Below are positions 41,933 through 49,618 of a stretch of DNA of 64,000 nt, in pieces. Both the position numbers and the translations under genes were made by a program. Below the pieces are notes generated by a model. The model saw nothing but the letters and a program-made list of their open reading frames with translations, was not told where the DNA came from and did not search any database. The stretch's first letter is position 1; each line of letters opens with the position of its first letter. The stretch is from an uncultured Chloroflexia bacterium (lineage in GTDB: Bacteria > Chloroflexota > Chloroflexia > Thermomicrobiales > UBA6265), in the NCBI GenBank assembly GCA_963724295.1, contig CAVRUC010000010.1, positions 309,309 through 373,308 on the forward strand, written 5' to 3'.

Positions 41933-42660
41933 AACCCGACCATCGGCATCACGTCCCGGAATCCGAACCGAAGGTAGAGACCGTGCGCCATGGCCGTGGC
42001 GGCGAGGACGCAGGCCGTCGCGCCGGCCGCGAGCGCGTCGTCCAGGAGACTGCGCATGATCGCGGCGGCGTGCCCGCGGCGGCGATACGCGGGCACGGTG
42101 GCCATGTCACCCAGGTACGCATGATCTCCCAGGAGCACGATTCGACCGAACGATGCCGGCTCCCCGCCATCTGAGATCCAGCGTTGCCGGATGGCTGGGT
42201 CGGCAACGAGGCCACTTCTGGTGGGGTGCTCAGACCCACCTGTCGCCAGGATCGCGCTCAGCACACGATCTTCCGTGGCCGCATCCTCGATGAGCAGTGC
42301 GCGGTCATCGCCCAACAGTGAGACGCGCTGCGTCAGGGGCCGCACCATCAAGGTCCATTCCGCGACGCGTTCATAGCCGGCTGCCTCATAAATCCCCGTT
42401 TCGGCCCGGATCCGTTCCCCCATTGGGGTGATCCAATGGGGCGAGCGCGCGGCGAGTGATTGGGCAAACTGGATGGCCTCGTCCGCGGGTACGTCATACG
42501 GGAAAAAATCGTGGGTGAAGGTGGAGCCGGCTCGCCCATCGGGATAGACGAAATAGCGCGTCTTCCCGTGGCGCGCAGCCATGTCGCGGGAGTGATCGAG
42601 TTCGAGCTTGATAATCGCGTCGACAAAGGTGTCGACGATGGCGAGCGGCGCCGCGCCCAT
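41914..42660 (-). CDS. GNAT family N-acetyltransferase
   Basis: DMATVPAYRRRGHA, LAAT..AHGLYLRFGF. Confidence 0.85.
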   Translation of the reverse strand: MGAAPLAIVDTFVDAIIKLELDHSRDMAARHGKTRYFVYPDGRAGSTFTHDFFPYDVPADEAIQFAQSLAARSPHWITPMGERIRAETGIYEAAGYERVAEWTLMVRPLTQRVSLLGDDRALLIEDAATEDRVLSAILATGGSEHPTRSGLVADPAIRQRWISDGGEPASFGRIVLLGDHAYLGDMATVPAYRRRGHAAAIMRSLLDDALAAGATACVLAATAMAHGLYLRFGFRDVMPMVGFQTGNG

Positions 42661-42816
42661 GCTGGTGGCCGCCTCTCCGGTTCTGATCGGGCCGAGGTCG
42701 CGGATCATACCAGTTGCCAAGCGTGCGACCGCTGCCCCCGCGGCCAAATCGCGAGATCGACTCCCCGGCCGTCACGACTTTGAGCTGGCACACCGCATTT
42801 GTCGCCAGGCGAGGTA

Positions 42817-42845
42817 TTGACAACGGGGCACGGAGGGTGTACGTT
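42817..42845 (+). promoter_or_regulatory. sigma70-type promoter
   Basis: TTGACA-17bp-TACGTT. Confidence 0.7.
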
Positions 42846-42851
42846 CACTGT

Positions 42852-42955
42852 AGGCCAAACGCGGACGGGAGCAATCCCGGAGGCGGGCGGCACAGCAGAC
42901 GCCGATGAGGATCGCGCGCAAGCGCGGAACTTGTCGGCGTTTTGCTGTCTCTGCC
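42852..42955 (+). ncRNA. candidate structured small RNA, copy 2
   Basis: Same two-hairpin architecture as 35214-35312; GCAA tetraloops. Confidence 0.6.
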
Positions 42956-43008
42956 GAGGCGGGCGATTCGGAGGTGTCCTCTGTAGGATATGGAATTGCT
43001 TGGCAGGC

Positions 43009-43881
43009 TCACTGCCCCGGGGTCACGTTTTTCGACCGTGGCCCGTGGGCGGGGTGGATCGCGGCATTGATCTCCGCCCCGAGCAGCAGTACCGCCGCCG
43101 AGACGAAGAAATAGAGGAGCAGCACGACCATCCCTCCCAGACTGCCATAGGTGGCGCCGTAGTTGCCGAAGTTCTCGACGTACACGGAAAACAGGAGAGA
43201 GGCCACGATCCAGACGACAACCGCACAGACCGACCCCGGCGTTACGTAGCGGAACGGCTGATCGATATTGGGGCCCAGGTAGTAGATGAACGCAACCACC
43301 AGCAGCAAGAGCAGCAGCACCACTGGCCAGCGCAGCCAGGTCCACGCCTCCGCCACCGCGGTTGTCCATCCCAGCCGGTTGGCATATCGCTGCGCCGCCC
43401 ACGGTCCGACCAGTCTGAATATCGCCGCCGCGATCACCACGGCGACCAGGCCGATCGTGTAGAAGATCGAAAGGGGGTAGCGCTTCCAAGCCGGTCGCGT
43501 CTCCTCGACGTCGTACGCGACGTTGAGCGCATTCATCACCGAGCGCATGCCAGTCGCTGCCGCCCACAGCGCGAAGAGGATGCTGAAAGAGAGCAGGCCT
43601 TCCCGGGTCTGCCCGCGAATCTCGCCGATGACTCTCGCCAGTAGCTCGTACGCGTCCGGCGGGAGCGCTGCCTGAGACTGAGTGAGGACTCTGTCGAAGA
43701 ACTCCGACAATCCCAGAGCGCCGAGCAGCGTGAGCATGAAGATGATGAAGGGGAAGAGCGCCAGCGCGAGATGGTAGGACAGCGCCGCCGCGTAGGTGAC
43801 CATGTCATCGTCGATGAAGCTCTTGACCGCCTGCTTGACGACGTCCCATGGCTCCAGGTCCGCAAATCCTGGGATGCGCAT
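43009..43881 (-). CDS. YihY/virulence factor BrkB family membrane protein
   Basis: AAALSY..LALFP, ALNVAY, YGATYGSLG, GAEINA. Confidence 0.92.
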   Translation of the reverse strand: MRIPGFADLEPWDVVKQAVKSFIDDDMVTYAAALSYHLALALFPFIIFMLTLLGALGLSEFFDRVLTQSQAALPPDAYELLARVIGEIRGQTREGLLSFSILFALWAAATGMRSVMNALNVAYDVEETRPAWKRYPLSIFYTIGLVAVVIAAAIFRLVGPWAAQRYANRLGWTTAVAEAWTWLRWPVVLLLLLLVVAFIYYLGPNIDQPFRYVTPGSVCAVVVWIVASLLFSVYVENFGNYGATYGSLGGMVVLLLYFFVSAAVLLLGAEINAAIHPAHGPRSKNVTPGQ

Positions 43882-44009
43882 CGGTTCCTTCTCCGCCACT
43901 CTCCCGACAACCGGGATCACCCCGACGGAGACTGTACGGGCAGAGCGCGGCGAGCGCCAATGGTTTCACGCGTTTCATGGCGTCGCGAATCTCGTCGCGC
44001 CGGTGTGCG

Positions 44010-45302
44010 TCACCCGGTACCGGCGGTTGGCTGCTCCCGCAGGCGCCGCAGCGGTGAAATGGCGACCCAGACGGGCGCCGCGAGCGCCCCGAGCGCGCAG
44101 AGTGCGATCGCCGTCCGCAGACCGAGCGTTGCGCCGAGCCAGCCGCCAAGCAACGCTCCGAGCGGGTAGGCGCCGTAGACCAGGAAGCGATGGCTGGCGG
44201 TGACTCGCCCCTGTAACGCGTCGGGCGTCACCAGCTGACGCAAGCTCCACTGCTGCACGTTGACGATCGTTCCCGCTACACCGCCCAACAGCATGCTCGC
44301 CGCCAGCACCGGCACGGCGAGTGGCCCGGTTGCTAGCGGAATCAGGAGCCACGCCGCCATGGCGATCAGCCAGCCGCCGATGATGGTCGGGCCAACGCCA
44401 AAGCGACGTGCCGCGGGCGCGGAGAGGAGGGCGCCGGGAATGGCGCCGATGCCACCGACCGCCAGGATCACGCCGAGCGTGATCGGGCTGATCTCCAGCT
44501 CACGCGTGGCGTAGAGAACAAAGATGGCCGCAATTCCCTTGACGAAGATGCTTTCGGTGATGGAGGCCAGGACGATGGGACGCAACAAACGATGTCCGAG
44601 CAGCGCCCGCAGACCATCCTCGACGTCGCGGCGCGCGCCGTGCGAAGTCCGGGTATCGACCGGCGGTTCGGGCGTTTCGATCCGCCGCAGCAGGACGGCC
44701 GAGACCAGAAAGGAGACAGCGTCGACCACGATGGCGCCCGGCGCCGAGAGGAACTGCACGAGCAATCCCGCGATACCCGGTCCACCCGCTTCCGCGGCTG
44801 AATAGCTGATTTGCAGCTTGCTATTGCCCTCGACCACGGACCCGCGGCCGACGAGGGAGGGCACGTAGGCGTAGTGCGCCACTTCGAAGAAGACGCCGAG
44901 CACGCCAACGACAAACGTCATGGCGTAGAGCTGCTCGATGCGCAGGATGCCAAGCCATGCCATGAGCGGTATGGACAACAGGAGAGCGGTCCGGGCGATG
45001 TCGGCCGCGATCAGCACCGGTCGACGCTGACGGCGGTCGATCCAGACCCCCGCCGGGAGACTGCAGAGCAGGAAAGGCACCGTGCCAGCGGCGGCGAGCA
45101 ATCCCATCTGGACCGGAGAAGCATCCAGGAGGAGGACCGCCATCAGCGGTAGCGCCAGCGCCGTGATCTCGGAGCCGAATAGCGACGCGGATTGGGCGGC
45201 CCACAACCGCCGGAAGTCCGCATGCCGCCACAAGCCGCCAAGCGACAGCGCCGGCAGCCAGTCGCCTGGCATCCGGTGGCGCGCTCTGGTCGATGTAGCC
45301 AT
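44010..45302 (-). CDS. MFS transporter
   Basis: FRRLWAAQ, GVWIDRRQRRP; 12-TM pattern; LQGRV. Confidence 0.92.
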   Translation of the reverse strand: MATSTRARHRMPGDWLPALSLGGLWRHADFRRLWAAQSASLFGSEITALALPLMAVLLLDASPVQMGLLAAAGTVPFLLCSLPAGVWIDRRQRRPVLIAADIARTALLLSIPLMAWLGILRIEQLYAMTFVVGVLGVFFEVAHYAYVPSLVGRGSVVEGNSKLQISYSAAEAGGPGIAGLLVQFLSAPGAIVVDAVSFLVSAVLLRRIETPEPPVDTRTSHGARRDVEDGLRALLGHRLLRPIVLASITESIFVKGIAAIFVLYATRELEISPITLGVILAVGGIGAIPGALLSAPAARRFGVGPTIIGGWLIAMAAWLLIPLATGPLAVPVLAASMLLGGVAGTIVNVQQWSLRQLVTPDALQGRVTASHRFLVYGAYPLGALLGGWLGATLGLRTAIALCALGALAAPVWVAISPLRRLREQPTAGTG

Positions 45303-45318
45303 CCTGAATCTCCCCATA

Positions 45319-45392
45319 TACCAGTCAAAACTCCTATTGATGGTAGATAGCATGCACAGAGCATGCCACCACCAAAACGGTTTTTAGTGGTA
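45319..45392. promoter_or_regulatory. two imperfect palindromes, candidate operators
   Basis: TACCAGTCAAAACTCCTATTGATGGTA and CACCACCAAAACGGTTTTTAGTGGTA between divergent MFS and CGNR genes. Confidence 0.55.
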
Positions 45393-45408
45393 AGTCTTGC
45401 ACGATGCA

Positions 45409-45505
45409 CGGGTGGCAGGGTGGCAGGGTGGCAGGGAGAACGATGACCCCGCCACCCTGCCACCACGAGCGCAGCGAGTAACCACCCTGCCACCCATCAC
45501 CCCGC
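45409..45505. repeat. 8-nt-periodic palindromic repeat (family A)
   Basis: (GGGTGGCA)x3 ... CCACGAGCGCAGCGAGTAACCACCC. Confidence 0.85.
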
Positions 45506-45558
45506 CTCCCGTTATCGGAATGACACGATTGACGCGATGCGTGTAGATGGTGCATCTG

Positions 45559-46203
45559 ATGACGTCAGAACGAATGGCAGTCGAAGATCTGCGCTTGCTC
45601 GGGGGAGCACTGTGCCTCGATTTCGTCAACTCGATCGAGAATCGCGCCGGTCACGGACCCGAGGATTTCCTGACGTCCTATCCCGATCTGGTGCGCTGGG
45701 GAGAGCACGTCGGTCTGGTCGACGATGCCGCCGCGACGAGACTGATCGCGCGAGCCGCCGACGACGAACCGGCGGCGCATGAGGCATTGCGACAGGCGCT
45801 CGGATTGCGTGCCGCGCTGCACCGCCTCTTCCTCGCTATCGCGACGAGGCGCGATCCGGATCCAGCCGATCTGGAAGAGCTGCGGCGCGCCTATGCGGAT
45901 GCCATGGCCGGCGCAGCTCTAGTGCCGCGGGGTGAGCGCTTCGCGTGGGACTGGCGGCCGGATGAGCAGCGCCTGGATCAATTGCTCTGGCCCGTGGCAC
46001 GCTCGGCAGTCGAGTTGCTCACGACGGGCGATCCGCGGCGCATCAAGGTCTGTGAGAACCCATACGGTTGCGGCTGGCTCTTCTACGACGGCAGCAAGAA
46101 TGGGAGCCGGCGCTGGTGCAGCATGGAAGGCTGTGGCAGCCAGGTGAAGATGCGCCGCCAGTACGCCAGGCGCCGCGCATCAGCAGGGGCTCTGAGCGGG
46201 TAA
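45559..46203 (+). CDS. ABATE/CGNR zinc-finger protein
   Basis: LDFVNS, C....C.WLFYDGSKNGSRRWCSMEGCG. Confidence 0.92.
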   Translation: MTSERMAVEDLRLLGGALCLDFVNSIENRAGHGPEDFLTSYPDLVRWGEHVGLVDDAAATRLIARAADDEPAAHEALRQALGLRAALHRLFLAIATRRDPDPADLEELRRAYADAMAGAALVPRGERFAWDWRPDEQRLDQLLWPVARSAVELLTTGDPRRIKVCENPYGCGWLFYDGSKNGSRRWCSMEGCGSQVKMRRQYARRRASAGALSG

Positions 46204-46421
46204 GCATCGGACGCGACGCGGCTCGATTCTCATCTCCTGCTATCCCGTCACTATCAGGACCGACGGCGCGTTTCTCATCGGCGTGATTGGCATATGTCCT
46301 GCTTTGGCATCGCCGCCCCGCCTGCCAATCTCATCGTGCCCGCGTCTGATCGATGAGGGTCAGGGATACCTTTCCTGGGCGCATAGAGGTTGATTTGAGA
46401 TGGGTGAAGGTCCTGGAGCCA

Positions 46422-47912
46422 ATGCGCGACATGGACGCTGAGACGCGCGCACCAGGCTTGGGCACGAAACGTGCGAACGGCATCGCCATGCATGCAACCG
46501 AGCATGTCGTCCGCTTCTATGAGACGGACGCATTTCTTCTCGACGCGGTAGCGACCTTTTGCGCTGATGCCATCCTGGCGGATGGTGCGGCGCTCGTCGT
46601 TGCTACCCCGGAGCACCGGGCGGGCATCGGCGAGCGACTGCGGGCGCGCGGTCTGCTCGACGGCACGGGCACCCACGACGCCTATCACGCACTTGATGCC
46701 GCCGAGACACTTTCGCAGTTCATGGTCGATGGCGAGGTCGACGCAGCGCGTTTGATGGAGGTCGTGGGCGACGTCATCTCGCGGGCGGCGGAACGTGGGC
46801 GTCAGGTGCATGTCTTCGGGGAGATGGTCTCGCTCCTTGTCGCGGACGGTCATCCCGCCGCCGCGCTTCGCCTGGAAGAGCTGTGGAACGACCTTCAGCG
46901 TGCAACGCACCCCACGTACGCCTTCTCACTCTTCTGCGCGTATCCGATGGAGCATTTTGAAGGGGAGCCTCACCAGCAGCTCTTTGCCGACGTCTGCGCG
47001 GCGCACTCCCAGGCCATTCCCGCTGAGAGCTACATGGCACTCCCGACCGCGAACGACCGCCTGCGGGCGATCGCGGAGCTGCAGCAGAAGGCACAGTCGC
47101 TCGAGACCGAGATCGCCGAACGCCGACGGGCAGAGGTCCGGTTGCGACGGGCGCTGGAGGCTGAGCAGGAGGCGCGCCTGGATGCGGAAGCCGCGCTCCA
47201 CGTGCGGGATGAGTTCCTGTCGATCGCGGCGCACGAGCTGCGAAACCCGCTGGCCTGCCTTTCGCTCCATGCCCAGGTCGCGCTGCAGCGGCTGAGCCGC
47301 AATGGGCAAGCCGACGCCACTCGCACCGAGCTCTCACTGCAGTCGATCTCTACGCAGGCAACCCGGCTTTCTCGCTTGCTCGACCGGCTCCTGGATGTTT
47401 CACGGCTGGAGGCTGACCACTTGACGTTGCAGCGCCGGCCAACTGACCTGACGGGACTGGCGGAACAGGTGGTCAGCAGCACGCGAGCCGGGACTGATCG
47501 GCATTCGATCGTGCTGGAGACGCCGGCGTCAGTGCAGGCCTGGGTCGACCCGTTGCGGCTCGAGCAGGTCTTCGCCAATCTCCTCGATAACGCCATCAAG
47601 CACAGCCCTCACGGTGAGCCGATCGTCGTGACGCTCTCCCAGCCGTTGCCCGGCACACTCGAGCTTGCCGTCAGCGATCATGGCATCGGCATTCCGATCG
47701 AGGCACGCGATCAAATCTTCGAGCGCTTCTTCCAGGCCCGCCCCGAGGATGCCACGCAGGGACTAGGACTGGGGCTGTATGTCAGCCGGCAGATTGTCGA
47801 GCTGCATGGTGGGGAGATCCGGGCCGAATTTCCCGCGGATGGCGGGACCCGCTTCGTCGTGACTCTGCCTACCAGCATCGAGGCCGTCGCGGTTTCGCAC
47901 GCCGCCGATTGA
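46422..47912 (+). CDS. MEDS-domain sensor histidine kinase
   Basis: HVVRFY, FGEMV, LEELWN, CAYP (MEDS); AHELRNPL, NLLDNAIKH, GLGLGL; start uncertain. Confidence 0.9.
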   Translation: MRDMDAETRAPGLGTKRANGIAMHATEHVVRFYETDAFLLDAVATFCADAILADGAALVVATPEHRAGIGERLRARGLLDGTGTHDAYHALDAAETLSQFMVDGEVDAARLMEVVGDVISRAAERGRQVHVFGEMVSLLVADGHPAAALRLEELWNDLQRATHPTYAFSLFCAYPMEHFEGEPHQQLFADVCAAHSQAIPAESYMALPTANDRLRAIAELQQKAQSLETEIAERRRAEVRLRRALEAEQEARLDAEAALHVRDEFLSIAAHELRNPLACLSLHAQVALQRLSRNGQADATRTELSLQSISTQATRLSRLLDRLLDVSRLEADHLTLQRRPTDLTGLAEQVVSSTRAGTDRHSIVLETPASVQAWVDPLRLEQVFANLLDNAIKHSPHGEPIVVTLSQPLPGTLELAVSDHGIGIPIEARDQIFERFFQARPEDATQGLGLGLYVSRQIVELHGGEIRAEFPADGGTRFVVTLPTSIEAVAVSHAAD

Positions 47913-48107
47913 CTCACCGCGGAATCCGTCGTACAGCTTTGGAGCCACAGTCACTCCGTTCTCGTGGTCAGACCATCGGTCCACCCGGCGCGGGAAGGTT
48001 TCTCGTTGCTGGGGATTCCGGGAACCTGTTAGGCTCCGCTGACTCATCGCCCGAGGCGTGGCGCGGTCCAGTCGCCTGTTTGCGTGTTCCGTGTCCCGGG
48101 GGAAAGC

Positions 48108-48905
48108 ATGTGGCAGGGGAAGCGGGTCTCGGTGATTCTGATGACGTATGCCGAGCGGGGCTCGATCCGCGCCACCATCGAGGGCTTCTTCGCCACGGGT
48201 CTCGTCGACGAAGTGCTGGTCGTCAACAACAACGCCGAACCCGGCACCAGCGAGGAAGTGGCCCGCACGCGCGCGCGCGAGATCGTCGAGCCGCGTCAAG
48301 GCTACGGCTGGGCCTCGCGCCGGGGTCTGGCCGAAGCCACCGGGGAACTGCTGGTGCTCGCCGAACCCGATGGCACCTTCCTGCCGCGCGACATCGGCAA
48401 GCTGCTGGCCTATAGCGACGAGTGCGAGGCCGTCTTCGGCACCCGCACCACCCGCTCCCTGATCTGGAGCGGGGCCAATATGGGGCTGCTCCTCAAGTGG
48501 GGCAATTGGGCGGTAGCCAAGCTGGTCGAGGCGCTGTTCAATACCAGCCATCTGAGTGACGTCGGCTGCACCTACAAGTTGCTGCATCGTTCGCTGGCGC
48601 AGCGGCTGCTGCCCGAGCTGCGGGTGGGTGGCTCACACTTCGGTCCCGAGCTGATGCTGGCCGTCATCACCTCCGGCGCGCGCTTCGTGGAAGTGCCGGT
48701 CAACTACCTGCCCCGGGTGGGCACCTCGGCGGTGACGGGCGATCTGCGCAAGGCCGTGGTGCTGGGTCTGCAGATGATCGGCTTCATTCTGGGCTATCGG
48801 CTCAAGACGCTGGGCAAGACGCGACGCCCGCCCGCGTTGGCGGGCCAGGACGACGGCCATGCCGGGCGGCCCGCTGATGTGACCAGCCGCGAGGTCGCCG
48901 GATGA
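48108..48905 (+). CDS. GT2 glycosyltransferase (polyprenol-phosphate sugar synthase-like)
   Basis: VVNNN, QGYG, EPDGTF, DVGCTYK, EVPVNY..RVG. Confidence 0.9.
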   Translation: MWQGKRVSVILMTYAERGSIRATIEGFFATGLVDEVLVVNNNAEPGTSEEVARTRAREIVEPRQGYGWASRRGLAEATGELLVLAEPDGTFLPRDIGKLLAYSDECEAVFGTRTTRSLIWSGANMGLLLKWGNWAVAKLVEALFNTSHLSDVGCTYKLLHRSLAQRLLPELRVGGSHFGPELMLAVITSGARFVEVPVNYLPRVGTSAVTGDLRKAVVLGLQMIGFILGYRLKTLGKTRRPPALAGQDDGHAGRPADVTSREVAG

Positions 48906-49618
48906 TGACCGCCACTCCCCACGCCGTGGAGCAGACGGACTTCGATGCCATTGCCGAGATCTATGATTCAGTCTTCCCACCCCACATCGTCGAGCATTAC
49001 CTGCGGCGACGCGCCGCGTACGTGCTCGGCCACGCGGCCGTCCCCGGTCAGTCCGTCCTCGACGTGGGGGCCGGGACGGGGCTGCTGGCGGAGCGGCTCA
49101 GCGATCTCGGTCTTGACGTCGTGGCCCTCGATCCCTTTCCGCAGATGCTGGGCCAGCTGCAGCAGCGGCGACCCGCGATCGAGACCGTGGTGGCCCATGG
49201 CGACGACATCCCGATCCCCGATGCCACCTTCGACCTGACCTACAGCGTGGCGGTCATGCACCACATCGCCGAGCCACCCCGGGTGCGGCGCACGCTCTTG
49301 GAGATGGTGCGGGTCACCCGGCCGGGGGGACGGATCCTGGTCTGGGACCACAATCCGCTCAACCCGTACTGGTCCCTGCTCATGCGGCGCGTTCCCCAGG
49401 ACACCGGCGCCGAGCGGCTGGTGCCGCTTCCGGAGCTGATCGCTGGTCTGCACGACGCCGGGGCTGGCATCGTGCGCACCGACCGGCTGGGGCTGATGCC
49501 GGAGTTTGTGCCGCGCTGGCTGCTCAACCCCGCCGCCGCGGTCGAGCGCGCGGCGGAGGCGACCCCCGGTCTGCGACGGTTCTGCGCGCATAACGTGGTG
49601 CTGGCCATCAAGACGTGA
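48902..49618 (+). CDS. class I SAM-dependent methyltransferase
   Basis: VLDVGAGTG, FDL, VMHH, RPGG. Confidence 0.9.
   Translation: MMTATPHAVEQTDFDAIAEIYDSVFPPHIVEHYLRRRAAYVLGHAAVPGQSVLDVGAGTGLLAERLSDLGLDVVALDPFPQMLGQLQQRRPAIETVVAHGDDIPIPDATFDLTYSVAVMHHIAEPPRVRRTLLEMVRVTRPGGRILVWDHNPLNPYWSLLMRRVPQDTGAERLVPLPELIAGLHDAGAGIVRTDRLGLMPEFVPRWLLNPAAAVERAAEATPGLRRFCAHNVVLAIKT

Noticed and set aside
42895..42945. Hammerhead ribozyme (CCGATGAG...GAA)
   Set aside because: The CUGAnGA core is imperfect and these bases pair in a simple long hairpin; copy 1 differs.
45506..45522. TTATCGGAATG dif-like half-site
   Set aside because: No left arm or conserved spacer; may be chance.
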